64,000 nt of DNA. Origin: Epiperipatus broadwayi (lineage: Eukaryota > Animalia > Onychophora). A program made the translations under genes and the position numbers. The notes beneath the pieces are model-generated. The model was not told the origin of the DNA, ran no database searches, and saw only the letters and a list, made by a program, of their open reading frames with translations. Positions 1 to 14,442 of the stretch are shown piece after piece. Position 1 is the first letter of the stretch. Each line of letters opens with the position of its first letter. The DNA lies in the NCBI GenBank assembly GCA_028023455.1, contig JAQFVV010000009.1, positions 11,532,001 through 11,596,000 on the forward strand, read 5' to 3'.

Positions 1-965
1 ATATTTTTGTTATTTGCAGTGCTGAATTATTTCTGGTGACAGTGTTTGGAATTATTTTTTACAACTATCTCTTCCATATATGTAAAAAATATTGCTATTT
101 GGCTATTATGTGTCACTATTGATGACCTTGAATAGAGATAATTTAATTATGATCATCATTTTTTATATAAACATAGTGAAAAATGTGAAATTCAATGCTA
201 TGGAACTAAGCATGAAAAATATTATAAATTATATTTGTCCAAACTAGATTACTTGACTATCAAAAAATAAAAGTAACACCCTTGATGCTAATATCAGAGG
301 ATTCCATCTGTAAAACTGTGTTTGTGTGTGCTTGTGTATTTTTTTTATATATTTTTATTGTTAATTGGATAACAAATCTGAAAGTTGTAATACACACTTG
401 TGTATTTAAATGAGTACAATCTTAAATGTACCATAATTAACCAACAAAGCATAAAATTTTAAATGAAAGATAAAAATATTACAATTTGATTCTGGATTTA
501 AATAATAATGTTTTTTTTTTTAAATATAATTAATAGTGCAAGTTTGTAGTTTCACTCTATCATATGAATGATAGTCTTTTTTTATGTTTTTTGGAATGCA
601 AATCATATTGTAAGTTTTTATTTGTTCATATTTTATCAATTTGAATAATTTTATTTAAGTATAATAATACAAATGTTCAAACAAATTATAAATAGCAGCT
701 ATTGTACAAAATCTTTAGATTTAAAACTTTCTAGTTCAAGGATTTTTGAAAATTATTTTTGTTTTAGATTCTTAATTTAAAGTTTTATAGCTTATTCAAA
801 CTAATCAGGATAAAGTTAATTTCTACTTTTATTGTTTATTAATTACAATTTTTTATAATGGGAAAAAAATTCTAGAAAAATTAAAATTTCATAAAAGATT
901 GTACTTTTAATAATAATAAAAAAAAAAACACTTGTAAATTTGCAAGTATTTAGCAATCACTTCAA

Positions 966-968
<3 letters not shown>

Positions 969-1056
<88 letters not shown>
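969..1056. repeat. (TA)44 microsatellite
   Basis: Uninterrupted TA run. Confidence 0.97.
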
Positions 1057-1058
<2 letters not shown>

Positions 1059-1254
1059 AAAGTATGCTCAATAAATATATAAATTATTATTAAGTATAAA
1101 AATTACATGGTTGTACATCTAATCTACTTCTTTTCTTCTTTTAATGAATATTTCTTGAAAATGATATTAGATTTCTGTTTATAAATTTAATTTATCCACT
1201 TTACTTTAAACATTTAGCAAAAAAGTTTTTATTGTACATATGTGCATTCACAAT

Positions 1255-1291
1255 CTTACATTTCAACTATCCTGCAATCTTCTTCAGAGCT
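1255..1291 (-). ncRNA. Minimal hammerhead ribozyme motif, C3-G8 core, GAAA intact
   Basis: Minus strand reads CUGAAGA-A-GAUUG-CAGGA-UAGUU-GAAA-UGUA; stem II closes with three G-U pairs. Confidence 0.6.
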
Positions 1292-1357
1292 ATGATATAA
1301 TGAACAAAATAACTATATATTATATAATTATGTATTTTATTTTATTCATCATATCAT

Positions 1358-1396
1358 AGCTCTGAAGAAGACTGCAGGACAATCAAAATGTAAGAT
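1358..1396 (+). ncRNA. Degenerate hammerhead motif (G12 to A)
   Basis: CUGAAGA-A-GACUG-CAGGA-CAAUC-AAAA-UGUA. Confidence 0.55.
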
Positions 1397-2219
1397 TGTG
1401 TATGTATATTATGTATAATTAAAAGTTTTTTGTTAAGTAGAGTGGATAAATTACATTTATATAAGATATTACAGCAAAGTAAAGGAAGTGGTGAATTTGA
1501 TAATATTCCTGAAGAGTTCTGTTTACTTGTTATTCTAATATGAATAAGTTATAAACTTTTATTTATTTATTTATTAGTAGCATAATCTGTTTGCTATTCT
1601 TTAGTTTAATTTTGTTTTTAAATGTTGAATTTTACTTTTATATATATATTTATTTCTTTGTTTATTGTTTATTTGCGTGCTATTGATTTAGCTGTTTTCC
1701 TAAATATAAAAATCTTCATCCCATTGATCTAAATTAAAAGCAGTTCAGTTTCTGAAAGCATAAATTGCAGAAATTAGTTCACTCAACTTTTTATGGTTGT
1801 TTTATGTCTATTTTTTTCTTTTTATAAAAATTGTATTATTGGAAAACTTATCTCTACATCCTGACAATGAGTTTTTTTTTATTATTTTCAAATGACGATT
1901 CACAGTAAATATAATGATTTTATATTGAATCAATTTTATTTTTATAATAATGACAAGTCAAAGGTTCCCTTAAGATAGGAAAGAGATAATATAGTATAAA
2001 CTTTTGTAAATAATTATAATAATATTTGTTTTAGTAATATTTGAAAAGTATGATAAAAAAAAAATTCTAGGCATAAATAGGTTAGCTATTTTTTTGTATT
2101 TTCAAAGATTAACTTCAGATTCAGAAACTATTTCTTCCAATTTGTGAACAGTATATATAATTTATTGTTTGTTTTTTTAATACATTGCACAGGCTTAACA
2201 CCTGCATTTATATATGTAA

Positions 2220-2300
2220 TATATGCGGGATTCGAATTAAGACTTTCACCCAACCCACAACTCTCAGTGCCATCTTATATTGCTGACCCACCTGTTTGAA
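2220..2300 (-). mobile_element. Degenerate tRNA-derived SINE head
   Basis: B-box-like TTCGAATCCCG on the minus strand in a locally GC-elevated patch; A-box unclear. Confidence 0.3.
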
Positions 2301-4346
2301 ACTTTATATGGAACTTTTTTGAAAATCACATATTAGTATTAGCTAAATAAAATATATCAGTTTATTTAATTGAAATACTAATATACATTTAAATATATTC
2401 TACTTTTATTATTACTGGCTCTCTGCTCTAAAAAAAAAGCTTTTTAAGGTAATGATTGGGGCATTTAATGACTGACAATGTCCATGTTTGGCTGTTCAAA
2501 TTTGTATTCAAATTGAGAGAATTTTTTTAGGAAGTGCAGATGGTCCAAAGAAGTTTAGAAATTTTTCAGATAGCTATTCCAATTGTTCATCTAATCTTAA
2601 TTTAATAATAGGATATTTAGTTGTTATTAGCAGGAAGAAGATAAATCATAAAATAAAAATGTGTTATGCAAAATAAAAATAAAATTGTAATTTGATAAAA
2701 TTTTTGTCATAAGTGAAGAAATATCATACATATATATCGATACTAATTTAGAACTTATTGTAATTGCTCTAAGTAGTTGAGTCAGTGCCTATTATTTCTA
2801 GATAATCATTTGACTTCATGAATAAATATTCATTTTCTGATTTTCTCAGACTATCATATTTTAATATTCAAGAGATATAGTCACACAAATTGGGTAATTT
2901 TTTTTTTTAAAAAAGAAATAACTAATCACGCAAGATATTAAATGGCCTTTGTATTTCAAGGATTGATGTTTTTTTATTAATTTAATTTTTTTAAAAAACC
3001 TTGAAAATTTTTTTTTTAATATAATAGTAAAAAGGTGTAAAAATATAAATTTTAACATAATAATATATAATATTCAATATGAAAATACCTATAATAAAGT
3101 AGTCTTGTAAGTTCATGGATTAAAATGAAAATCAGTATTATGAAAGTACAGTTTTTAAGATGACAATATAATTTTTAAAATAATCATATACACTTTTTAT
3201 ATTCCTTTTTTTTTTTTTTTTCAAAGAAAAAAAAGTTTTTATAATCATTATTTTATTGGGGAAGCAAATCAAAATAAAAACAAAAAAAATAAACTAGTTT
3301 TATAATGATTACTATAATAATTTACTAATTGAAAATCAACTGTTCTCTATATTTAATCTATATATAGTTGTCGCAAAATATAGCATTAATTTGTAAAAAT
3401 CTCAGATACTTTTTCGTTTAATTTACCTGCACATCCTCAAGCAAATCATATGTTCTTCACAGTTTGAAAATAAATTATGTTGTAAAAAGTATATAACTAA
3501 AACTGAAATAAACTAATATTAAAGAATATATAATTGCACGATAATAATAATCATATGCAGTCAAATGATATTTAAGGCAAAATAAGAGACTGAATATAAT
3601 ATTGCCATTTAGTTCAATAAATTCAAAATGCTTTAAATTATTTTCTCAACTGACAATAAATCTGAAAATATTTAGCTCATCAAACTATATTCTTATCATT
3701 TTGCTGAATTATGATATAAATGTGTTAGATATATGTCAAATCATATTATAAATTCCTTCATCTAAATTAATATAAAATATTAAACAATCATGTGATTACG
3801 GTTAATTTCTTGGGAAATTATGGAACTTTCATGTATTCAAAAGACAGATTAAGTATAATAATTTCATTCAATTGAACAAACTAAGTTCAATTAAATACAA
3901 CATTAAAGAAAGTAATATAATGGATATCTAATATGATGATCAGAGGTGTTCAATTCTGATAACCACATTGCAGTATGATTTTATGTTAATGGTAAAATGT
4001 AATTTTTTAAATTTTTTTATTTCTTTAACATTACTTATAAGTAAGTACTTTAATTTTACTTTATTTTTTCTAAATTTCTTTGAAAAGTACATTATAAAAT
4101 ATATTGATATAAAAAAGTAGCTTGTGTATTGAATATCACTGAAAATGCAAAAGAAAGGGGGGAAATGATTGCTGATGTTAAGAATAAGCAAAGTAAGAGC
4201 TAAGAGAGTGAAAAAAGTTGGAATACAGAGTAATTGGTTGAATGTGATTTTGAATAAATGATGATAATATTTCAACAATACTGGATTAGAACAAACTTGC
4301 TATTTGATCAGTCAGTATCAATTTTTTTATACTTTTATCTTCATTT

Positions 4347-4385
4347 ATTCTGATGAAGATCTAGACTTTAGAATAAAATTTGAGT
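4347..4385 (+). ncRNA. Highly degenerate hammerhead motif
   Basis: CUGAUGA-A-GAUCUA-gacuu-UAGAAU-AAAA; stem II imperfect, G12 lost, stem I not convincing. Confidence 0.35.
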
Positions 4386-5677
4386 ATTCCATTTAACCTC
4401 TATAACACTGGATTATTATTGAAAAAAAAAATGGAATTGTAAAGCCTATGGGAATGAAAATTAAACAAAAGGAAAATAATATTTGTAAAGAAAATAAAGT
4501 ATTCAGGTACTAATATTACAGCAAAAAGAAATTTGTTTCAAGTGCCAATTTCACATACTTCTAAAGTTAAAAATAAACAATGATTTGAATATTAAGTAAA
4601 TTGTTTTATTTTTATTAATAATCTATGATAGAAATTCAGTAATTATGAAAACAGTGATATCATAAATTCAACATATATAGGAAAGTTCAGTACTGCATTA
4701 CTTTGTTATATGAACAGCTACATATTTTTATTATTTTTGAAAATTTCTATAATTATTCTAGTTTTAAAATATTTCACAGCTTATTGTACTTCAACATTTT
4801 TTTTTATTTCATTAAAATTATCATTAAAAGTAAATTGTCATGACAACAATTATAATGAAGGAGTATGTTTTTGTCATACATGTTATATAAGATTATTTAA
4901 TCATATGATTGGTCATTCTAGAATCATGTAAAATTTGAGCATCTCCAAATAGTAATTCCATTCAGTTGATTGAACTAATTTTTTTTTATGTTACTCAGTT
5001 AACAGTTAAGAATCAATTCTGGAACTTTTATCTCATGTACAGAACATTTTAACATTCATTCTATTTTATTTATTACTAATTCTAAACAGGTAAATCAAGA
5101 GCTTTCTTTCTTTTGTATTTTATTCACTATTTTAAAAAAAATTTATGTTTTCTTTATTTATTATTTATTTATTGAGTTTCTAATTTATTTTTCTTTTCTT
5201 TTTTGTTCGTAGGTCTACAAGATTTCTTTTATTTGTTGTTTTATTTTGTTGTTTAAACAGTGTTAATTTTCATTTTTCTTCCTTTCTTTATATCTTTTAA
5301 CCCTTCTTGTTCTTTCCTCTGATCTTTATTGTCCCATTTGTTATTCTTCTTTTATACAATTACTCAAATATGTAGTTCAAGATTAAATAGATTAATATAC
5401 TAAATGAATTATATACATATAATGTCTTTTTGAAAATTTAAATATAATTTTTGTCAGAGTTAGACAAAGTTTTTACTCAACCTAAATTTGTGTAAAATTG
5501 AATATTATTTGTATATAATATAATAGTAACATAATTTTAAAAAGCAGAATAATAGAATTAAAAATTATATAATCATGACAATCATGTTGTATATTTAGTG
5601 AGAATAATTCAATATTTTTTACTAGTTTCTTGGTAATCTAAAATCTCTATATTTCACATAAAAGTTTACAATGTACA

Positions 5678-5680
<3 letters not shown>

Positions 5681-5728
<48 letters not shown>
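5681..5728. repeat. (AT)24 microsatellite
   Basis: Direct reading. Confidence 0.95.
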
Positions 5729-5736
<8 letters not shown>

Positions 5737-5739
5737 CAT

Positions 5740-5789
5740 AGGAACAAATCATAATATATATATATATATATATATTATGATTTGTTCCT
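5740..5789. repeat. Perfect 50-bp palindrome centred on a TA run
   Basis: aggaacaaatcataa-(ta)n-ttatgatttgttcct. Confidence 0.9.
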
Positions 5790-7677
5790 TGATTTTCAGA
5801 ACTTCATTAGAACATTTAGATTAGATCAAATAAGAGTACATCAATGTTGTAATTTGAAATTATTTTGTCTACATCAATATTTAAAATTACTACTATCACT
5901 AAAACATGCAATACTGATCTAGTCATAATACTTCTAATTTCATATTGATGCCACTTATGTTGAATCTAATTTGTTATAATTCTTTTAATAAAGTTTTGCA
6001 AAATAAGAAACAAAATGTAAAGTATTATATAATTAAAAATAATTACATAATTAAATGTTAATATTAATATATGTTTATATTTCTGTAAACTTGTTGGAAT
6101 TGATAAATGAGCTGTGGATGCTTGTATGTTAATAGTATGTAATACTCACACTAAGCATAAGATATTATACATTTCAACTTGTATAACATGAAAGTGATTC
6201 TACCCTTACATTAGCTGAATATATCATCTTTGAGAAGCCAAGGACATTAACATGCAGGCAGATTACTCTAGATGGTGTTTAGTTAATTGGTTTTCTTCTG
6301 ATGTAAGTACATATATTAATTTCTGTCAGTAGAAAAATAGTTATTTAGAAAGTGATCATAAGGAACTTGGTGCATTGTCATGTAATGACCAGTATTTTAT
6401 ATTGGTATTTTCTACCAGTAGGCAGTTATTCTAAAAATTAGTTATAGAAATTTGCTTATACTCTCCATGGTTTAATTCATTGTCTCTTATGTGATGTATA
6501 GCTTCACTGTCTTGTTCATTATTAAAACTACAGAAGTCATGAGATACTTATGTTATAATCTTATATGAATGTAGTGCAATTGAACTCTATAAAATGTATT
6601 CAAAATAACAAACTGGTTTTTTTTCTTTGTGGCAATTACAGACACTGCATAATACATGCCCTAATTCATTATTATTATTTAAACACATTTTACTTCTGCT
6701 TTGCTGTAATTTAGATTTCATTAATTTAGTGTTCTAATTTTGAACAAAGTAGAAAAATTTGTAGAACTAGAAAAAAATTAATTGAAAGACAAAAAAAAGT
6801 CAGTAGATAATTACAGTTTTGAAGAATTAAGGTGGTTACAATTATCTATAAAAATAATATAATGAATCTTGGAAACAGTCATAGTCATCATTTGCAATCA
6901 GTCATAAATGAGTTTGCACTTAATAATTCCAAAAGAAAAAAAAGAAAGAAAATCAAAGAATAAAGTTAAACAATAATTTGTGAAGCATAAATACATTTAT
7001 GTGTATTATATACTGACTTCTTAGTCTGTTTATTTTATATCTTGTGATGCTATCTTTTAACTTCTTGCTTAGATAACTCTTTATTTTGGAAAGACATCAA
7101 TATCTTGTCTATTTTTATCTCTCTACTATATTCTATTCCTGACTATTGAAAGAAATCAGTACTGCATCTTTTTCTGGAGTCTTTGATGTAACATTATAAT
7201 GTAAATGGGTCTGTCTTTCTCTACTATGTTTTTAAAAAGTTTGCTACTATTTATGTTTTCTCATTCCCAATTCAATGAAAATGTGTTTTCACAACTTGCT
7301 ATATCTGAGGACATAGAATGAATTATCAAATGATGTCTTAGCCTTATATTTCAAACTTGAGCTGAAATTAATCAATTACTGTATATTTACTAAATATAGG
7401 CTTTAAAGATTAAGATTCAGTGTTGTATGTACTGGAAATATTGACCTGTAGTTATATGTATTGGAGGGAAAAAATCCTATTCAAGAATTTATATTTATAG
7501 ATATGTAATTTTAGCTATCAATGAACTTAATATCTACAAAAATTACATTCTACATTTATGTTTGTGTCAAAATTGAGAGAGCTTTTGAGTTATGCTTTTC
7601 AATAACAAAGACATGTTCATGGTCTTTTCCACCCACAGTTATATCTTTTAGTGTTACATATTAAATTCATGAACTCA

Positions 7678-7863
7678 CACTTTTCAAAATCTGATTAGAA
7701 AAAAAATGTTTTACTTTTAATGTCCTGTTGCCTCGGGCATTTTCATTAATGCCTTACAATAAATATGATTTTGCACTTTTCAAATTCTGAATAAAAAAAA
7801 TTGTTCTACTTTTAATGTCCTATTGCCTTAGGCATTTTCATTAGCGCCTTACAATAAATATGA
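7678..7863 (+). repeat. Tandem duplication, 96-bp period
   Basis: cacttttc at 7678 and 7774; both units carry tacttttaatgtcct...ggcattttcatta...gccttacaataaatatga. Confidence 0.9.
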
Positions 7864-8925
7864 CTGTCTCTACCAGAGAAATACCTCACTAGAATGTAAT
7901 CATATAATTTGGATGATAACTGTCGTTTATTTGGGACATATTTGAAAAACTTTTTTGTACAAATTACTGATAATATTCAGCATTTACGTTTCATTTATAA
8001 AGTGCTCAAAATAGCGATAAAATCATCCTGACAGCAAACTTTATTAAAAGCACGTAAGAACTGAGTGAATTCGCATTACTTTGGCATATTACCAGTTTAA
8101 TGAATTAAAATGGCATGTAATTAATACTGCTGAGTTAGCTTATTCTGTTCATGGTAGATTTTCCCAAAATAGTGTACGAAACCAACCTAATCATTTTTCT
8201 TTTTATCAGAACCATAAAAAATAAAATAAAATGATATTTATTACTATGTGAAATCAATGCATATTAAATGGATTATAATGCTGGACTAATAGCTCCAATG
8301 GTTGTCTTGTAAAGTGCTTAACTTGTGACTTCAGTAATATACAAAAAATAATGTATTGAGAGATAATTGCAGAATATGATTCATATAATTATTGATATAA
8401 ATATTTGTAGAAGTTTTTTAATTGATCTTGAAATAATAAAGTAGTCCAGATTTGACAAAATGTATCTGAAGTTTGTAATGGGGTTAAACACAGTATCTAA
8501 CAATTAGCTTCATATCTCAAAAATGAAATTTTTAGCAAAAATATATTATTTTTAGAAAATTTATTTTCCATGTGTAAGTATTTTGTATAACTAATGTTAT
8601 TATAAAAATTAGAGCAATAAAAATCTTTAGAAAGCTAATTATATAATTGATTAAATTAATGCTAATGATTTTTTATTATGACTAAAGAAAATAAGTCTAA
8701 CAAGAAAGACAGAAAATATAGAGACATATAAAGAAATGGAAAAGAGAAAAAAAGATACAGTGAAGCTAATGTCAACTTGACTGCAAACATTGCAAATTTA
8801 TATATATATATAAACATTTTATTATTTAATTTAAAGCATAGAAGATTATATTCACATTTACTTTATTTATTATCAATTACAATAAGTCTACAGTAATCTT
8901 TGTTCTTATAGAGAATTTTTATTGT

Positions 8926-8960
8926 TCAACATTTCAGCATATTCAGATCATCTTCAGCTT
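8926..8960 (-). ncRNA. Degenerate hammerhead motif
   Basis: Minus strand CUGAAGA-U-GAUCUGAAUAUGCU-GAAA-UGUU; core boxes intact but stems I and II poor. Confidence 0.35.
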
Positions 8961-8964
8961 CTTA

Positions 8965-11100
8965 CATTCTCCAAGTCATGATTTTGTTCTCTCCTCTTTA
9001 TACCAATGTACTTCTCCCTTACTTAATTGTGTGGTTTGTAGTTTCTGAATTGTTTTTCTATTAAGTATCTAAGTTTACTATCTATAATCTATAATGAAAC
9101 ACTGATAGGATATATTTATTTTTTCTTTTCAAGAACGTAGATATATTTTCTTTAAATATAAAATTATCATAATTTAAATAAATATATTATTTACATCAAT
9201 ATCACTTCTTCCAAGTTAAATCCTATTATTAATTTCATCTTTTATGATTCCATTTCTATTAATAATTTGATCAAGATATTCAAGTTTTTAATTTAATTTA
9301 CTATTATCAATTTATTTTTTCCCCAAAGTTATTAAAATTATTGTAATTATTTTAGTATGTACCTTTTATTCTATTTCCTGGTTTCATCTGACTTCCTGTA
9401 ATATTTTTTGAAATTCTGAAGTATTATTTATGAAAATAATCATATCATCTGCAAAATCTAGATGCCTTAAGAAATTTCATTCACTTTTATTTCATTTGTT
9501 TTACATTTTAATCCTTAAAATATTTTCTATAAAACTTCTGAAAAACATTTAGTGAGATGGAATTATCTTGTTATATACTTTTTTTAGTGTTAATCTTGTC
9601 ATCATCATTATTTAATTTAATTATGTCTGAGTGCATTTTCAAAATGTATCATGCAGTGCCTAACTCAGGATGTTTCAGATCATTAACCACAGATGAGTCA
9701 AATATATTTTAAGAATTTATAAATCCATGGTATAATGGAATTCTTTTTTTAAAATATAATTTCTCTTAATTTGTGGATTTGGTCTACTTTATTATAATCA
9801 AATTTAAATTCATCTTCTTTTTTGATTGAGTTCAAAATTCTTTGTAGATTGTTTGTAGTGTTCTTAGTACTTATCTTACATAACTGATAAAAGACTTATT
9901 TCTGTTATCTTCTTTTTTATCTTTCTTTCATTATTGCTATGGCATTCCACCAGCCATCTAATATATGTTTATCATCAAACATATGATATATAGTATTATC
10001 AGTAATGTATATTGCTTCATGAACTTTAAAAAAAAAGATTTGATTATTCATTGGATGTTTTTTATTCTTCATAGATTTGATTGCATATCTTACTACTTCA
10101 TGTAATGCACAAGATGTTTCATAAGCTATCACAAATAAAAATGCTACTTTGCTATGTTCTTCTTTATTATTATATTGTTTTTATAGGATTCTTTTACACA
10201 TTTCAAGATATCATTCCTCTTTTTAGAATTAATGCTATTTTTTTTTATTTCTGATTGCTAAATAACTTTTATATTCTTGAGATTTATTTTATTCTATAAT
10301 ATCTCCTGCAATTTCACAGTATTTTTTTATTATCAATTTAAAAGAGTTCATAACAAATTTCTAGTTATTAAGTTTTTATAAGTAGGCTATTTTTTAATAT
10401 TTAATATGTTTTGTGGTACCATAATTTTTTGTTCTAGATAGAAAATTTATTTATGGATTGATACTTTTGCTCTTGATATATATCTAGCTGTTCTCAATAG
10501 AGTCAATTTTTTTCTTATTGATCTTATTCAAATTTGAAACAATTTCAAAATAATTTGTAAATTCTAGATTGATTTATTTGGAGTATTTTTGAAAGCTGGA
10601 GTTTGTAATAGTATATATATTATATCTCATAAATGACAAGTTTCTATTTTGAATTTCTATCTTATGATTATAATATGCATTTGATAATCTTAATATATAT
10701 ATATTTTGTTAATCATAGTTTAGTCCATATCTACTGTGTCTTTATTGTACGCAATTATGTTTATTTCTTCTTTATATATTTCTCAAAAAGAATTTCATAA
10801 CACAAACTATTTTATCCCACAAGTCTTTATTCTCTCTATTCTGCATCCATATGAAAATTTATCTCTAACATTTATTATGTCTTTATATCATATTCCAATT
10901 TTACATTTAAAACTTTTATGAAAATTTAAAAATGTTATCAGTATATTTGATATTTTCCATGAAGTTAAGTAACAAATCTTGATACTCTGTTATACCACTA
11001 ATGTAAATAAGGGTTTTTTCGTTTTTTATTCATAATGAATTATTTATGCTTTAAGTTATTGTACTTTATTATAGTGTGTGTCCATTTTTCAAACTAAATA
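8965..11100 (-). mobile_element. Heavily decayed RTE-like non-LTR retrotransposon; ends approximate
   Basis: Minus-strand LRHLDFADDMIIF at 9432-9470 (RT catalytic motif typical of RTE clade) with a decayed G-x-x-Q-x-D-S-I-S-like segment upstream; many stops. Confidence 0.6.
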
Positions 11101-14100
11101 TCTTTTCACAATTCTTCTGAAAAATATTAGTATTTTTAATGTGTAAATTTTATTTTGCTTACTGTAATAAATAGCCAAATAAAATATCAAATGACAGTCT
11201 ATACTTATAATCTGTAAATTTTTAGCATCATTTCTTTTCAGTCACTAATTGCTGTCTTAGTCTATAACTCTACAATATTCAGGATGTAAGAGCATCATTT
11301 ACTTTTATCTTATATCAACATTTGCACATAAAATGTCATACATAAATTCTGATTTCAAGTAAATCTAATTGATGTCTCAGTTTAAAATACATTGGTCATC
11401 TGAGAAGGAAAACTCATATTTTCATAAACTCAGAGGTAAAAACCAATTAATTACTTAATGTATAATAAATATATGGAAAGCCTTGATATAGGAATCAAAT
11501 ATTTTTTTTTATTAATAGCAACTTTTTGAAGCCAAAAAATTAAAAGAAAATAATATAAACATATTTTGATCCAATTTAATGTATACTTTTATGTTGGTTT
11601 ATTTAATTTAATTTTTATAGAAAAGATGAAAAGTAAATTTTATTATTGAATTTGTTAATTTATCAGATCTGTCAGGCTTTATAAGTCTATCTATCTTTGG
11701 ATTGATCTTGATTACTATATAAATAGATAATCTTCAACTTATATAATTAATGCATTTTGTAAATATTGTATAATCTAAATTTGTGCAAATATATATAAAA
11801 GATTTCTCTGCATTCTTAAATCACTACAAATTACGATCTATGTTCTCAAATGCAATTATTAAGTAGTTTATGGAGCATCTTTGATTTAACTGCATTTTAT
11901 TCTAATTATAATGGGAGAGAAGATGTTATTATATATATTGGTCAAATGCACAACTCTGAAATTATCTCTTTTGAAAGTGCTTGTACTATTGTCAAAAACT
12001 TCCTTTTTTGTGTGTGACTTTCTTAAATACTTTGTACTTATTGCCAAAACTTAAATGAAAAGGAAGGATTGTAAAAATTTTAACAATTAATTACTTTTTA
12101 AAATTATTTTTTTCTTTTGTTATTATTAAGTTAAGAAAAATGGAAATTGATATATTTAATTTAAAAAATATTTTTAGTTAAAAATACTTAAAAATAATAA
12201 ACTATATGCATCACATATCATGAAACGGAACTTACTGCAATAAGAGGAATAACAAATGGATTTAAAAGTAAAAGCATTTTAATTGTTTAAGAATTTTATA
12301 CATCTCTTTATTTATATCAGCAGATTGTAGTCGTATGATATAATAATTTTTTAAAACTGTACATTATTTTTATAGATAATTTTTATGAATTATAATTTTT
12401 TAAAAATAAATATCAAAGCAAAGTGATGTGATTAAATTTATATACAGTGACACTTCTATCATTCCCAAATTTAGTTTTCTTGCATCCTTCCTCCTTTTTC
12501 TTTAGTCCTGGGACCAGTATTGTAGAAATCTGTAGGTATTTTTTTTTCTTGGCTTAATCATTCCTCAAACCACAAGTTTATTATATTCATCATTGACAAA
12601 CCATGGTTCCAAAGTAATATTCCCTGTATCTGATAATTTTTTTAAAAATGACATTCAAATTCTAATATTTGTATGTACACACACACCTTTTATAATTAAT
12701 TTTCTCATTACTGAATAAACATTCTGGTAATTAATTTTTTTATAAATTCCAATTATGAATAATAAATTAAAATACATAAAGTGTATTTAAAATCATTTTA
12801 TAATTTTGAAAACATTTTTACAATTCTATTGCTAATAAATTGCTTTAAAATCTTTCTTATTTAAGAACATGAAAAAAATGTTACTATCAAAAAATAGTTG
12901 ATTAAAGTTTATTTATACTTTTTAAAAAATCATCTGTAAGTATCATTGCCAACCAAACCAAAAAACATTCCATTTCCATTTCCTCTTGGAAATATAATCT
13001 TTCACAAATAGCATACTTTAATACATTACAGCAATTAAAAATAAACATAAATTAGGCTATTTGAAAAGATTTGAACAGGTTACTTGTGTAAATCTGCAAC
13101 TGCCTGTATATATATATATATCTTTACTTGTGATAATTATTTGATTATAATCATGCATATGATTCTAAGTAGTCTATTGAACCATATATTTTTTATATAA
13201 CTATTATCTATTGCTGCACAAAAATTATTAAGGGCATGAACACATATTTAAACACTGATAAATAAATTTTGTCACATATTAATAAGTTATTTTGGTATAT
13301 GTATTGTTCTACTAATTATTTATGATTGTTATTGTTTATGATTGTTATTGCTTTTATTTTTATCATTGTTATTAAAATAATTCTATTGTAGAGAGCCATT
13401 AAGGTAGGCTATTGCTTATGCTTTACTCATGACTTTATAAACAATAGTTGCTAGAATACAATACAGAAATACTATTTTACAAGCACAAAACCTTTTAATA
13501 AAATGTTCATATGTAAAAGAAATATGTAGTAAATAAGATATGTAAATTCAAGATATGTTGCATATATATATATATGATAGTATAATGCTTTTTTTTTTAA
13601 AAAAAAAAATCAAATTATTGTCTTTATTTCTTTGGAGTTATAATAATATTTTTAAAATTATAAAATATTAAATAGAATTCTATTTATAAACTTCTGTGTT
13701 TTTTTTTAATCAGCTAACTATTTTTTAAAAAAATTAAAAAATTGTAATTTAAACAAGAAAAAGCATGTTGCAAAATCTGATAAATATAATTCTGTTTAAC
13801 ATTTTATATTGCAGTTATTTATAAGTGCACCATATTAATCATATTACTGAAATATTCATTATTAATATATAAGTAGATAAGTGGTTATATAATATTTTAT
13901 GTAAAATATACACATGTATATTTATATAGTACTTGATGGTTATTCCTTTTTTAGACCATTATGTGTTGTCTTTCTTATATACTTTCTCACTGAATTGAAT
14001 ATGTAAACATAATCAACTTAATAGATAACTATGTATTTTAATTATATATTTATTTTTATTTATATTTGTGTGTGTTTGTACTTGTGATATCTATTTTGAA

Positions 14101-14402
14101 AAATTGTTCATTTAGCTAGACAAATGAAGATTATTTCTTGTTTTTTACACATATTTGAGATAAGTTAAAGTAATAAAACAAATAACATTTATTGTAAATA
14201 TAAAATAATATGAAAGTGGGGTGGTGATATTTTATCGATAGCCCAGCATGGTTTAATGCAGTGGTATAATGTGATATTCTGGAGCTTAAGGTCCTTAAAT
14301 TTTGCCCAATTCTGGCACTCAAATTTCTTATGAGTTTTCAACGTTAAAACCATTTAATTATTTTTAAATAAAAAATGGAGGAAGTAAAGGAGTGAGAAAT
14401 AA

Positions 14403-14442
14403 GATCTGATGAAGACTGCTAGGAACAGTCAAAACTGTTATC
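14403..14442 (+). ncRNA. Hammerhead motif, C3-G8 core, G12 to A; same family as the 1.3-kb and 27.8-kb copies
   Basis: GAU-CUGAUGA-A-GACUG-CUAGGAA-CAGUC-AAAA-CUGUU-AUC; stem I GAU/AUC, stem II perfect; downstream ttttgctaaa...agtgga shared with the 1180-1461 arms. Confidence 0.65.

Larger units (their letters stand above)
1169..1525. mobile_element. Fold-back (inverted dimer) HHR-bearing insertion, PLE pLTR-like
   Basis: Imperfect inverted arms 1180-1298 / 1351-1461, each with an HHR motif; candidate 13-bp TSD agatttctgttta (1169-1181) / agagttctgttta (1513-1525). Confidence 0.7.
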
